64,000 nucleotides of DNA from Maritimibacter sp. (GCA_003520545.1 DOUP01000061.1:1577-65576); one strand, 5' to 3'; counted from the first letter of the stretch, positions 10,804 through 20,922 are shown. The notes: a model not told the origin generated them from the sequence alone. A program made the numbers and translations.

Positions 10804-11643
10804 GTGACTTCTCGCGTTTTAGGGGCGCTTGTACGTGCGTTTTTGATGGTGTTGCTCATCATTACGCCGTCCATGATGCTCCCAGGCATTCACCAAGAGA
10901 CAACCCAGATCGTCGCGCTCGCCGCGATCTTTGCCTTTGCTCTGACCACTTTCGAATACGCTTCCACGTATCCTGGTCTCGTGGAGTTTCGCGATGCGCC
11001 CCCGTTCAACCGCATCCGCTTTTTCTCGCTGTTCGTGACTGTGATACTTCTTTCCACTGTTGCGCGTGGTACGGTGGAACAATCGACGTTCACGCATTTC
11101 GTCGCAGCCGTCGGCACGTTGATCGGCAACGCGATCGACTTCCCCTATTCTCCTGTCCGCCTGATCGTTCTGATGTTACCGGAAGGGGCCACGGCCCCGG
11201 AAATCATCACGCTGCGGATGGCCGCAGGCATGGCCTATCTCATCTCATTGACGTCGCTGGCGATTTTCATCATTTCGCTGCGCCTTACCGGTTGGCCGAA
11301 GAAAAAGGGTGGCTTCAACGTCTGGGTCAACCTGCCCATGTTCGACCCGACCGCTGGCGGTGACGTGGTTCAGCGGCTGGAGCGTGATGCCCGGTTCAAT
11401 GTGACCCTGGGCTTTCTTCTGCCGTTCATCACACCCGCCGCGATCAAGGCGGCCTCGGGGCTGTTCGGCTCTGTCGCGATCACCAATGATCAGACGATGA
11501 TCTGGACCATCGCCGCCTGGGCGTTCTTGCCCGCCTCGCTCTTCATGCGGGGGATCGCGATGCAACGTGTGGCGACACTTATCCAGGAACAACGTGTCCG
11601 GAATTCCGCCAAGGCGGAAGCGGGCGCATTGCAGCCAGCCTGA
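10804..11643 (+). CDS. Conserved hypothetical membrane protein
   Basis: GTG 10804; multiple TM segments, EFRDAPPFNRIRF and FNVWVNLPMFDPT; stop overlaps the next ATG. Confidence 0.75.
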   Translation: MTSRVLGALVRAFLMVLLIITPSMMLPGIHQETTQIVALAAIFAFALTTFEYASTYPGLVEFRDAPPFNRIRFFSLFVTVILLSTVARGTVEQSTFTHFVAAVGTLIGNAIDFPYSPVRLIVLMLPEGATAPEIITLRMAAGMAYLISLTSLAIFIISLRLTGWPKKKGGFNVWVNLPMFDPTAGGDVVQRLERDARFNVTLGFLLPFITPAAIKAASGLFGSVAITNDQTMIWTIAAWAFLPASLFMRGIAMQRVATLIQEQRVRNSAKAEAGALQPA

Positions 11644-12719
11644 TGCTGGGACGTGCGTTATGGTTGTCCCTTGGTCTTCTCGCCGGGGCAGCTCATGGCG
11701 ACCCGATCCGGTTTGCATCCTACCACACCGAACTCACTCGCAAGGGCCCCGGCCTTTTGCTCGCCGATATCCTCGACCGAGACCCGCAGGTCGTGGCCGT
11801 TGCCGATGTGATCGCTGCGACCGAGCCCGATGTGCTTTTGATCGCCGGGTTCGATCATGACCACGACAACCACGCGCTCACCGCCTTCCGCGCGCTCCTG
11901 AGCGAAAAAGGTCAGGAGTTCCCGTTCGCCTACGCGCCCCGGCCCAACACAGGCGTGCCGTCGGGCATCGACCTGGACGGGGACGGTTACGACGACGGCC
12001 CGCGCGACGCCTTTGGGTATGGGGACTTCACAGGACAGGGCGGCATGGCCCTGATCTCGGCATTGCCGCTGGGCGAAGCGCGCAACTTCTCTGGGTTTCT
12101 CTGGCAGGATCTTCCAGCCAACATCGCCCCGACAACGACCGAGGGACCGTTTCCATCGGCCGAGGCGGCTCAAGCCCGCCGATTGTCTTCGGTCGGCCAT
12201 TGGGCGGTTCCCATCGACATCGGCGGGCGTGAGGTCGAGCTTCTGGCATGGCATGGATCAACACCCGTGTTCGACGGCCCCGAGGATCTCAACGGTCGGC
12301 GCGGCGCGGACGAGGCGCGGTTCTGGCGGATGCTTCTGGATGGCGACCTGCCGTTCGACAAACCAAACCGCCCCGTGGTCCTTGCCGGTGTCGCCAATAT
12401 CGACCCGGTGGATGGCGACGGGCGGCACCCCGCGATCCAGACGCTTCTGGATGATCCGAGGCTGACGGACCCGAAGCCTTCCAGCGCGGGCGGAACAGAT
12501 GCCTTGAACCCCGAACACGAAGGCAATCCGGCGCTCGACACGGCGGACTTCGACGACCCTGAGCCGGGAAATTTGCGGGTGGATTACGTCTTGCCCGACG
12601 CGGGGCTGAAGGTGACCGACGCGGGCGTCTATTGGCCCACGCCGGATGATCCCATGGCCCAGGTCGTGGCGATGGCGAGCCGTCATCGGTTGGTCTGGGT
12701 GGATGTTCTTCTGCCTTAG
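11643..12719 (+). CDS. Secreted endonuclease/exonuclease/phosphatase-family protein
   Basis: Signal peptide; PDVLL, TPVFDGPED.NGRR, LRVDYVLP, ASRHRLVWVD. Confidence 0.85.
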   Translation: MLGRALWLSLGLLAGAAHGDPIRFASYHTELTRKGPGLLLADILDRDPQVVAVADVIAATEPDVLLIAGFDHDHDNHALTAFRALLSEKGQEFPFAYAPRPNTGVPSGIDLDGDGYDDGPRDAFGYGDFTGQGGMALISALPLGEARNFSGFLWQDLPANIAPTTTEGPFPSAEAAQARRLSSVGHWAVPIDIGGREVELLAWHGSTPVFDGPEDLNGRRGADEARFWRMLLDGDLPFDKPNRPVVLAGVANIDPVDGDGRHPAIQTLLDDPRLTDPKPSSAGGTDALNPEHEGNPALDTADFDDPEPGNLRVDYVLPDAGLKVTDAGVYWPTPDDPMAQVVAMASRHRLVWVDVLLP

Positions 12720-13609
12720 GCGGCGATGCGTTTGACCTCCGGGGCACGAAGCTGGTCAGGCAAGGCGTCCCGGATCACGATCCTCAAGGGCGTCTCGTGG
12801 AAGTCAGGCAGCAATTCGTTCAAGCGATGTGGCGAAAGCGAATGCGACGTCTCCCAGAGATACCGCATCTCGGTCAACTCGCGGGCAAGCTCCCAGAACG
12901 GCGCAGCCGCGCGCATGGCCCACCACGGAAACCGCCCTACCCGAAGCGTCGTGCCAAGTTCGGCCTCGACGGCCTCGCGCAACTCGTTCATCGTCAAAGC
13001 ATGGCCCGGAAAGGGCACGTCCTCGAACTGGCGAAGCCCGGCTTTCCGCGACGCAAGCATCTCTGCGGCGCGCGCCCAATCGGGCAGGTAACACCAAGGC
13101 TGCATCACGTCACCTGGCCCTGGATAAATCATCTTGCCGCGTTGTATCGCGTTGAGAACGATAACGGACATGACATCACCATCGCGGTCGGGGTCTATGA
13201 AATTGCCCGCACGCAGAATAATTGTCGGGACGCCACTGTCGCGGTAGGCACGTTCCATGTCGGCCCGCACGCGGCCTTTGCGCGAAACGGGCCGGTGTTC
13301 GGTTTCCTCGGACCACTCCCCCGGTGTATCTCCGAAATTGTATACGTTGCCCGGCAATATCACGGTTGCTCCCGAAGCCTTGGAAGCCGCAATGACCTGC
13401 CTCGTAATCACCGGAAGGATGCCCGCCCAGTCGTGATAATTCGGCGGGTTCATCCCGTTCACGATCACCTCGCACCCATGCGCGGCCTCCGACATATCGT
13501 CTTTGTCGCGGTTAAACCGTCGGACGTCCCACCCGGCAGCCCCGAAGGCGCGAGCGGCATGTGTCCCGATTTTGCCGGATGCGCCAAGGATCAATACTGA
13601 TTTTGTCAT
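12716..13609 (-). CDS. NAD-dependent epimerase/dehydratase-family protein
   Basis: ILGASGKIG Rossmann motif, PGNVYNFG; divergent from a LysR gene. Confidence 0.85.
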   Translation of the reverse strand: MTKSVLILGASGKIGTHAARAFGAAGWDVRRFNRDKDDMSEAAHGCEVIVNGMNPPNYHDWAGILPVITRQVIAASKASGATVILPGNVYNFGDTPGEWSEETEHRPVSRKGRVRADMERAYRDSGVPTIILRAGNFIDPDRDGDVMSVIVLNAIQRGKMIYPGPGDVMQPWCYLPDWARAAEMLASRKAGLRQFEDVPFPGHALTMNELREAVEAELGTTLRVGRFPWWAMRAAAPFWELARELTEMRYLWETSHSLSPHRLNELLPDFHETPLRIVIRDALPDQLRAPEVKRIAA

Positions 13610-13699
13610 AAGTCTCTCCATGAATGTCTTGGACGGAGATTAAGCATTCGCCAGCTTTCTAGAATTGCGAGATTTTGTATGTATGCTATTCATCGGTGA

Positions 13700-14596
13700 A
13701 TGGATAAGATGATTTCCTCGCTCGACTGGACCCTGATCCGTGCCTTTCTCGCCGTAGCGGAGGAGGGGTCCTTGTCAGGCGCGGCGCGCGCGCTGGGGTC
13801 GAGCCAACCCACGGTCGGACGGCAGGTCCGAGAAGTGGAGGATGCCCTCGGGGTGGAGCTGTTTCAACGCCACGCCAGGGGCCTGACGCCCACGGACATC
13901 GGCCACGCTATCCTGCCCTCGGCCCAGGCGATGCGGGACGCGGCGGGTCAGATCAACATGATTGCCGCCGGTCGGGACCGCGCGCCGACGGGCACCGTGC
14001 GGATCACCGCCAGCGTCATCGTCGCGCATTTCGTACTGCCCCCGATCCTCGCGCGGCTGCGGGAAACGGAACCGGGCATCCAGATCGACCTTATTTCAAC
14101 GGATAGCACCGACAACCTGCTGTTTCGCGAAGCCGACATCGCCGTGCGGATGTATCGGCCCGACCAACTCGACATGGTCACCCGGCATATCACCGACCTC
14201 CCCCTCGGGCTTTATGCCGCGAAAACGTATCTCGACCGTGTCGGGCGCCCTGAAACTCCAGAAGACCTGCTGCATATGGACTGGGTCGGCTATGACCGCT
14301 CGGACCTGATGATCCGGGGGATGCGGGAGGTCGGCTGGAAAGTGGACCGGGACTTCTTTTCGACCCGCACCGATGACCAGGCCGGAAACTGGCGGCTGAT
14401 CGAAGCGGGTTGCGGGGTCGGCATCGTTCAGGTCGCGACCGGACGCACCAGTCCGGATGTCGAGCGGCTCTTTCCCGACATGGACCTACCCGCGCTCCCG
14501 GTCTGGCTGACCGCGCATGAGGCGATGCGAAAAGTGCCCCGGATTGCACGGGTGTGGGAGGCACTTGCCGATGGTCTCCCCCGCGCCGTTTCTTGA
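13700..14596 (+). CDS. LysR-family transcriptional regulator
   Basis: [41 protein letters not shown]. Confidence 0.95.
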   Translation: MDKMISSLDWTLIRAFLAVAEEGSLSGAARALGSSQPTVGRQVREVEDALGVELFQRHARGLTPTDIGHAILPSAQAMRDAAGQINMIAAGRDRAPTGTVRITASVIVAHFVLPPILARLRETEPGIQIDLISTDSTDNLLFREADIAVRMYRPDQLDMVTRHITDLPLGLYAAKTYLDRVGRPETPEDLLHMDWVGYDRSDLMIRGMREVGWKVDRDFFSTRTDDQAGNWRLIEAGCGVGIVQVATGRTSPDVERLFPDMDLPALPVWLTAHEAMRKVPRIARVWEALADGLPRAVS

Positions 14597-14655
14597 CCCT
14601 GCCGCTTGGTCAGGCTACCCCCGCGCCAACATTCATTCAGCCCAAGGACAGTGAC

Positions 14656-15759
14656 ATGAGCGTTGGCTCCATCCTCATTCTTCCCGGTGACGGGATCGGC
14701 CCCGAAGTCATGGCCGAAGTGCGCCGCATCATCGACTGGTACGCCGACAAGCGCGACCTCTCTTTCGAGGTGTCCGAAGACCTCGTGGGCGGTGCCGCCT
14801 ATGACAAGCACGGCGTGCCGCTGGCCGACGAAACGATGGCCAAGGCGCAAGAGGTGGACGCCGTTCTGCTCGGCGCCGTGGGCGGCCCGAAATACGACGA
14901 TCTGGATTTCTCGGTGAAGCCGGAACGCGGCCTTCTGCGCCTGCGCAAGGAGATGGACCTGTTCTCGAACCTGCGCCCGGCACAATGCTTTGACGCGCTG
15001 GCGCACTTCTCCTCACTGAAAGAGGAGGTGATCGCCGGGCTCGACATCATGATCGTGCGCGAACTGACCTCCGGCGTTTACTTCGGTGAGCCGCGCGGGA
15101 TCTTCGAGGAAGGCAATGAACGTGTGGGCATCAACACCCAGCGTTACACCGAGAGCGAGATCGACCGCGTCGCGCGTTCGGCCTTTGAACTGGCCATGAA
15201 GCGGGGCAAGAAGCTCTGCTCGATGGAAAAGGCCAACGTGATGGAGAGCGGCATCCTGTGGCGCGAAGTCGTCACCGAGGTCGCCAAGGATTACCCCGAG
15301 GTCGAGCTTTCGCATATGTACGCGGACGCGGGCGCCATGCAACTAACCCGCTGGCCCAAGCAGTTCGACGTGATCGTGACAGATAACCTCTTTGGCGATA
15401 TCCTGTCCGACGTGGCCGCGATGCTCACCGGCTCGCTCGGAATGCTGCCCTCCGCGTCGCTCGGCGCACCGATGGCGAACGGACGGCCCAAGGCGCTTTA
15501 CGAGCCGGTCCACGGGTCGGCCCCGGACATCGCGGGACAGGGCAAAGCCAACCCCATCGCCTGTATCACCAGCTTCGCCATGGCGCTGCGCTACAGCTTT
15601 GACCTCGGGGACGAAGCCGACCGCCTGGAAGCCGCCGTGGAGAAAGTGCTCGCCGACGGCAAACGCACCGCAGACTTGATTGGCGAAGACGGCGTCACGC
15701 CGGTTTCAACCTCCGAGATGGGCGACGCGATCCTCGAAGCGCTGGACGCCAGCCTGTAG
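14656..15759 (+). CDS. leuB: 3-isopropylmalate dehydrogenase
   Basis: [42 protein letters not shown] 14656 behind AAGGA. Confidence 0.99.
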   Translation: MSVGSILILPGDGIGPEVMAEVRRIIDWYADKRDLSFEVSEDLVGGAAYDKHGVPLADETMAKAQEVDAVLLGAVGGPKYDDLDFSVKPERGLLRLRKEMDLFSNLRPAQCFDALAHFSSLKEEVIAGLDIMIVRELTSGVYFGEPRGIFEEGNERVGINTQRYTESEIDRVARSAFELAMKRGKKLCSMEKANVMESGILWREVVTEVAKDYPEVELSHMYADAGAMQLTRWPKQFDVIVTDNLFGDILSDVAAMLTGSLGMLPSASLGAPMANGRPKALYEPVHGSAPDIAGQGKANPIACITSFAMALRYSFDLGDEADRLEAAVEKVLADGKRTADLIGEDGVTPVSTSEMGDAILEALDASL

Positions 15760-15782
15760 GCCCCTCACCGGGACAAGACGAC

Positions 15783-15820
15783 AGACCGCGCGGCCAAACG
15801 GCCGGGCGGTCTTTTTTGTT
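15783..15820 (+). terminator. Rho-independent terminator of leuB
   Basis: AGACCGCGCGGCC-AAAC-GGCCGGGCGGTCT followed by a T run. Confidence 0.8.
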
Positions 15821-16001
15821 GGGGGTGTGGGGCGAATGGTGCTGCACCGGGTTTTGGGGCCGGGTGCCATGGGGGTTGCTGGGGGGTTGGTAGAAAGGGC
15901 GGAGAGCGGACCTTCGCTGCGTTCCAAACCAAGGTCAGCTTTGAGGGCAAAAACAACTTTAGTGAGTTGTGATCAGGTTTACTTCTGTTAATCATCAAAC
16001 C

Positions 16002-17060
16002 ATGGCCGATGATGAACATGTCAGTGTATTTCGCAAAGGACCGGATGCCGTAAAGCATTACATGGCAGCCAAAGGTCTCCGGTCGTTAGACCTTTCAGAT
16101 CAAATATTTGATGGTCTGAATTTTCGATCGGGGTATGTTTTGGTTGGCACAAATTTTGAAAACTCACGCTTTCAAGATTGCGATATATCTCTGTTCGTTT
16201 CCAACGCAAATCTTAGGAACTGTATACTACGCGGTAAGAAATTGAAAATTCGAAATGTCGGAAACGCGATCTTGGAAGGTGCAGAACTCTACGATTTAGA
16301 CCTGACAATAACCGACGGGCTGTCCCAGCAACAAGTCGATTCAACCAAAGTCGGCGTTAACGTTCAGCTAAACGAATACTTGCGGCCCGCAGAGCATTGG
16401 GAGGCAACTGAAGGCGAAGAAGGGAAAGCGCAGGAGGTCAATCCGTCTCCCTCCTTTACGCCACCCGGTTCGAATCCAAATTCGAACAAGAATCCCGGCT
16501 TCAGGCCTGACGTAGCGTTGTCTCCGCCAGGCCCAAGCGGACAGTTTCGCGACCTCGAAGTTAGTAGTGGCGCACACGTATTTCCGACGAATTCAGAACT
16601 TGCGAAACGCATTGAGGTGAACAATCTCAGCGTTCGTTTGACTGGCGTAAGCCTTGTTGATGCAATCGATGGCTTTCTATTGAAAATTGAGCAAAGCAAC
16701 TCGTTGGAAACTGAGTTTAAGGAACAAGCCAGGACATTTCTCACACAACATATGGCAAATTTAGAGACACTGCTGCTCGCCTTGCCTGAACCGGGAGAAC
16801 CGGTCTCAGAAGACACAGTCGAGAGTACGAAACCTGCTTTGGAGACTTATCTGTCTACTGCAAAAGACGGTTTTCGAGTCTTACTCGATCCAAAACGTTT
16901 GGGGGAAATGACGGTACCTACTGGAGTAGTGTTGTTGAGTGCGGCGGTAGGTGCGCAATTTGGTGCTCCGCTCGCTGGAATTGCCTTCGGGGCTTGGTTC
17001 TCCGGAAGAGAGAGCACCGAAAAGCTTGCAAGGAAGTTCCTTTCTGACCCGAAGGATTGA
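16002..17060 (+). CDS. Low-GC orphan: degenerate pentapeptide-repeat N-terminus, Pro-rich linker, helical C-terminus with Gly-rich hydrophobic hairpin
   Basis: 352-aa ORF, visibly AT-richer than its neighbours; ANLRN/AILEG/AELYD units and GLSQQQVDS...RPAEHW cap. Confidence 0.7.
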   Translation: MADDEHVSVFRKGPDAVKHYMAAKGLRSLDLSDQIFDGLNFRSGYVLVGTNFENSRFQDCDISLFVSNANLRNCILRGKKLKIRNVGNAILEGAELYDLDLTITDGLSQQQVDSTKVGVNVQLNEYLRPAEHWEATEGEEGKAQEVNPSPSFTPPGSNPNSNKNPGFRPDVALSPPGPSGQFRDLEVSSGAHVFPTNSELAKRIEVNNLSVRLTGVSLVDAIDGFLLKIEQSNSLETEFKEQARTFLTQHMANLETLLLALPEPGEPVSEDTVESTKPALETYLSTAKDGFRVLLDPKRLGEMTVPTGVVLLSAAVGAQFGAPLAGIAFGAWFSGRESTEKLARKFLSDPKD

Positions 17061-17266
17061 TTTTCTTCGTGTGTCTGTCCCCTTGAAGAAATGAACAGAC
17101 TGCTGTTGTTTTGCGCTTAGGGCAGGAACATAAATGCCAATTGCAAATGGCAGCTTTAGGGAAGTTGCCCCGCTGCTCATGTGGACGTTGCGAATGTCGC
17201 CTCCGGGCCGAAAACGCCAACCGAACCGAACACACCACGACCGCTTTCCCATCCCCGAAACCCTGC

Positions 17267-17638
17267 CTACACTAGGACCCGATCGCCCCGTTCACCGCTC
17301 CCGAAGGCGTTCTTGTAGGCCGCCGGGTCCATGTCGCGGATGTCTATGCTCAGGGCGTCGATGTCGGGGAAATCGGCGGTCAGCCTTGTGCGCAGGGCGA
17401 TGGCGTGGCCCTCTTTCTGCTCCGGCGTGCGACCGGCAAGCAGGGACAGGGTGATGTGGACGAAACTTTCGGCCCCGCCTTGCAACAACAGGTGGCGCAG
17501 GGGAATGGCGCGGACCTTCACATCCTCGGGCTGCATGACACCGGAGGTGGCGCAAACCTCGTACGCCGCCTGCATCAGGGCGGTGATGGCCGGCTCGCCA
17601 AGATGGGCTTCGGCGTATTCGATCACGACATGGGGCAT
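17267..17638 (-). CDS. 5-carboxymethyl-2-hydroxymuconate isomerase / tautomerase family
   Basis: N-terminal MPHVVIEY (catalytic Pro), DVKVRA, FVHITLSLLAGRT. Confidence 0.88.
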   Translation of the reverse strand: MPHVVIEYAEAHLGEPAITALMQAAYEVCATSGVMQPEDVKVRAIPLRHLLLQGGAESFVHITLSLLAGRTPEQKEGHAIALRTRLTADFPDIDALSIDIRDMDPAAYKNAFGSGERGDRVLV

Positions 17639-17756
17639 GGGCTGTGTCTAGCGCGCTATCCGGGGCAGTGCACCCGGAAACATCGTCGCGTCGCCCGGCG
17701 CGGGGTTGAACATCCTGAAAGCTTCGGTGTTACGTTTCCGTAAGAACGGAGCACCC

Positions 17757-18704
17757 ATGAATCTATCCGGCCCTCTCTACGCGCTCTTGGCTTTCGCGAT
17801 TTTCGCAACCCACGACGTCGTCATCAAATTCCTCGGCGGGACCTATTCGCCGTTCCAGTTGATCTTCTTCACCACGCTGTTTTCCTTTCCGCTGGTGACC
17901 TTCATGCTGATCCAGGACTCGACGCATGGGAACCTGCGGCCCAAGCATCCCTGGTGGATGCTGGCCCGGACGTTTTTCGCGACCATCACCGGCTTCACGG
18001 CATTCTACGCATTCTCGGTCCTGCCGCTGGCGCAAACCTACGTGCTGCTCTTTGCGACACCGCTTCTGATCACGCTCTTGTCCATTCCGATCCTTGGGGA
18101 AAAGGTTGGTGCCCATCGGCTGGGTGCGGTCATCGTGGGTCTTGTCGGCGTCCTCGTGGTGCTTCGCCCCGGTGCAACCGACCTGACGCTTGGCCACCTC
18201 GCCGGGATCACCTCGGCGGTCTCCAACGCTATGGCCTCGATCATCGTGCGCAAGATCGGTCAGGACGAACGACCCGTCGTTCTTATGCTTTACCCCATGG
18301 TCGCGGCCTTCGTCGTCATGGGGCTCTTGATGATTTTCGTCTATAAACCCATGCCGATCGAGCATATCGGCGGGGTCGTCGTGATCTCTGGTCTCGGGTT
18401 CATCGCGGGCCTTGTCCTTATCTCGGCCTACAAGAACGGAGACGCGGCGATTGTCGCCCCGATGCAGTATTCACAGATCATCTGGGCCAGCATCTTCGGC
18501 TTCCTCATCTTCGGAGAATCGGTCGATGTATCGACGATCCTGGGCGCCGCGATCATCATCCTTTCCGGTCTCTACATCGTGTTCCGCGAAACCCGGCTCG
18601 GGACCAAATCGCAGACGCCAGTGCTGCGAACCCGGTCCCGCGGCGGCACGGCCGCAGGCTTTCGCGTTTCGTATTTCCTGCGCCGTTCAAAAGCGCGCGG
18701 ATAA
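17757..18704 (+). CDS. DMT/EamA-family transporter
   Basis: 10 TM segments, LPLAQ, LGEKVG, APMQYSQIIWA. Confidence 0.9.
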   Translation: MNLSGPLYALLAFAIFATHDVVIKFLGGTYSPFQLIFFTTLFSFPLVTFMLIQDSTHGNLRPKHPWWMLARTFFATITGFTAFYAFSVLPLAQTYVLLFATPLLITLLSIPILGEKVGAHRLGAVIVGLVGVLVVLRPGATDLTLGHLAGITSAVSNAMASIIVRKIGQDERPVVLMLYPMVAAFVVMGLLMIFVYKPMPIEHIGGVVVISGLGFIAGLVLISAYKNGDAAIVAPMQYSQIIWASIFGFLIFGESVDVSTILGAAIIILSGLYIVFRETRLGTKSQTPVLRTRSRGGTAAGFRVSYFLRRSKARG

Positions 18705-18749
18705 GGTATTGCCAAGACCCCCAGCTTGGGCTATCCCGCCCGCCACGGT

Positions 18750-18826
18750 CGGAGCGTAGCTCAGCCTGGTAGAGCACTGTCTTCGGGAGGCAGGGGCCGG
18801 AGGTTCGAATCCTCTCGCTCCGACCA
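18750..18826 (+). tRNA. tRNA-Pro (anticodon CGG)
   Basis: CGGAGCGTAGCTCAGCCTGGTAGAGCA, anticodon arm CTGTC-TTCGGGA-GGCAG, GGTTCGAATCC, CCA end; 77 nt. Confidence 0.97.
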
Positions 18827-18830
18827 ATAA

Positions 18831-18858
18831 AACAAGGCGCCTTAGGGCGCCTTTGTTG
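18831..18858 (+). terminator. Hairpin terminator after the tRNA
   Basis: AACAAGGCGCC-TTAG-GGCGCCTTTGTT. Confidence 0.7.
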
Positions 18859-18896
18859 TCTTTAGGATAGTGCTCCTAGGTTCGTTGAACCTGACA

Positions 18897-19115
18897 TCAG
18901 TCGAACTCTAGTGCACGAGCAGCCTTTCTCAAACGGTCTGGGCTATAACGTGCGTAAGTCGAGGCCGTGATGCGCGTGTCCGAGTGGCCAAGATGCTGCG
19001 CGATTTCATCCATAGAAACACCGGCCTCAGCCATGTGCACTGCGGCGGTATGGCGCAAGACGTGCGGCGATACATCCTGAAATCCGGCCGCATCTGCTGC
19101 GGCTTTGAAGCCTTG
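18897..19115 (-). pseudogene. Tyrosine recombinase/integrase, C-terminal fragment
   Basis: Hand translation: GFKAAADAAGFQDVSPHVLRHTAAVHMAEAGVSMDEIAQHLGHSDTRITASTYARYSP (HxLRH, LGH, catalytic Tyr); the N-terminus is missing. Confidence 0.9.
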
Positions 19116-19270
19116 ATCGGGTCAGGGTTGAGAATGATCTCGCCTGATGGTGAGCAACTCCTCATTGCAGTTTCATCGCCAGGAACCGAAACGGCGGGGG
19201 TGATTTGACCCATGGAAGGCGCTCCGACAGGTCATCAAGCCGTCTGGCAATGTAGTCACGACCCTTGCTG
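19105..19270 (-). pseudogene. YgjP/DUF45 (M48/SprT-like) metallopeptidase fragment, with stop and frameshift
   Basis: RDYIARRLDDLSERLPWVKSPPPFRFLAMKLQ* continues in another frame as SCSPSGEIILNPDPIKA, matching the family pattern M...WGSCS..G.I.LN. Confidence 0.7.
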
Positions 19271-19326
19271 CAAGAGCTTTTCTCGACCTTCTTCGGAAGT
19301 TCACAGCGACCGGCGAACAGTAATGA

Positions 19327-19377
19327 GTTGACGTTGCAACTCCAAAAGTGCATCGTCTCACGTGTTGACAAAGCAAC
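19327..19377. promoter_or_regulatory. Two GTTG-N6-CAAC palindromes, candidate MarR operators
   Basis: GTTGACGTTGCAAC (19327-19340) and GTTGACAAAGCAAC (19364-19377); a third copy at 28025-28038. Confidence 0.65.
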
Positions 19378-19467
19378 ACGTGAAGTGCTCCGATCATCCA
19401 AAAGGGAGTCCGGCACACTTCTCTCACGTGGCCTGCGCCCATTTTTCGTCATGTAGGGAGGACACTC

Positions 19468-20922
19468 ATGGCTATTCAATCCGACGGTCCCCAGTCGCTC
19501 GCAGAGCTGATGGAGACCATTCCGAACGTCACCGATCACCTGTTCAAGAACCCGCCGAAGAACGCGCTGACCATCTACACCCAGATGATGCCCGGCGACG
19601 GCGTGCGGCCCGAGTTCACGACCTGGCGCGACGAGCAGTTAGCTTGGCGCAACTCGATCGCGGTGCATGATCAGAGCTACCACATGCATTCGCTTCATGT
19701 GCGCGGCGTCGATGCGCTGGCTTTCACGCAATACCTGTCGGTCAACACCTTCAAGAATTTCGAAGTCGGCGCGGCCAAGCAGCTCGTCTGCTGTTCGCCC
19801 GAGGGCTACCTGATCGGCGACGCGATCCTCTATCACATGGCCGAGAACGACTACATGGTCGTGGGCAACCCGGCGACCACCGACTGGGTCAAATACAACG
19901 CCGAAACGCTCGACTTCGACGTCACCACCGAAGAAGACCCGATGTGGACGCTCAACAAAGACAAGCGGCGCGAGTTCTATCGTTTCCAGGTCGAGGGTCC
20001 CAAAGCCTGGGATTTGCTGGAAGAGCTGAACGGCGGCCCCCTGCCCGAAATCAAATTCTTCAAATCCGCGGAGATCAAGCTGGGCGATCACACGGCCCGC
20101 GGGATGCGCCATTCGATGGGCGGTATGCCGGGGCTGGAAATCTACGGCCCCTGGGACGAATACCGCGACGTGAAGCGGCTGATCCAGAAGACCGGCAAGA
20201 AATACGGCCTTCGCATGGTCGGATCGATCGCCTATTTCACCACCGTGATCGAGAGCGGTTGGTGGGCGGTGCCGGTGTCGGGCGTCTACACGGGCCAAGG
20301 CACCGAGGGCTACCGGCAGTGGATGTCTCCCAAACACGCCTCGATGCGAATGTCGCTGGGCGGGAGCCTCTACTCCGAGAACATCGAGGATTACTACGTC
20401 ACGCCCTATGACGTGAACTACGGCCACATCATCAAGTTCGACCACGACTATGTCGGACGCGAAGCGCTGGAGGCGATGAAGGACAAGCCGCACCGCCGGA
20501 AAGTAACGCTGGTCTGGAACGCCGATGACGTGATGGACGTCCAGCAGTCGATGCTGGAAGAGACGGGCGAAGACGCCCCCCTGCCGATCACCATGCCGCT
20601 CGCCGCGATTGCCCGGATGCATTACGACCGGGTCGAAGACAAGGACGGCAACATGATCGGCCTCGCCACCTACCCCGGCTACACGGCGAACGAGAAAGCG
20701 ATGATGTCGCTGGCTTCGGTCGACATGGACTTCGCCGAACCTGGCACCGAAGTCGTCCTGATCTGGGGCGAAGACGGCGGCGGATCGCGCAGCGCAGGTA
20801 ACATCGAGCCGCACCGGCAGGTGAAGATTCGCGCTACGGTGGCGCCGAGTCCGATCTCGAAAGCGGCGCAAAGCTACCGCTCTGAGATCGGCATCAAACG
20901 CGGCTCGCTTCAGGACGCATAG
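19468..20922 (+). CDS. Tetrahydrofolate-dependent aryl demethylase, LigM/DesA-like (GcvT fold)
   Basis: PEFTTWRDEQLAWRNS, DQSYHM, IGDAIL, RFQVEGPKAW, GSIAY, ESGW, IEDYYVTPY, KFDHDYVGREAL, VLIWGEDGGG are colinear with LigM as I recall it. Confidence 0.88.
   Translation: MAIQSDGPQSLAELMETIPNVTDHLFKNPPKNALTIYTQMMPGDGVRPEFTTWRDEQLAWRNSIAVHDQSYHMHSLHVRGVDALAFTQYLSVNTFKNFEVGAAKQLVCCSPEGYLIGDAILYHMAENDYMVVGNPATTDWVKYNAETLDFDVTTEEDPMWTLNKDKRREFYRFQVEGPKAWDLLEELNGGPLPEIKFFKSAEIKLGDHTARGMRHSMGGMPGLEIYGPWDEYRDVKRLIQKTGKKYGLRMVGSIAYFTTVIESGWWAVPVSGVYTGQGTEGYRQWMSPKHASMRMSLGGSLYSENIEDYYVTPYDVNYGHIIKFDHDYVGREALEAMKDKPHRRKVTLVWNADDVMDVQQSMLEETGEDAPLPITMPLAAIARMHYDRVEDKDGNMIGLATYPGYTANEKAMMSLASVDMDFAEPGTEVVLIWGEDGGGSRSAGNIEPHRQVKIRATVAPSPISKAAQSYRSEIGIKRGSLQDA

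Noticed and set aside
19468..20922. Calling the aminomethyltransferase-fold gene gcvT or dmdA
   Set aside because: Length and motifs follow the LigM/DesA branch; no gcvH/gcvP nearby. No gene symbol assigned because substrate residues differ from LigM.
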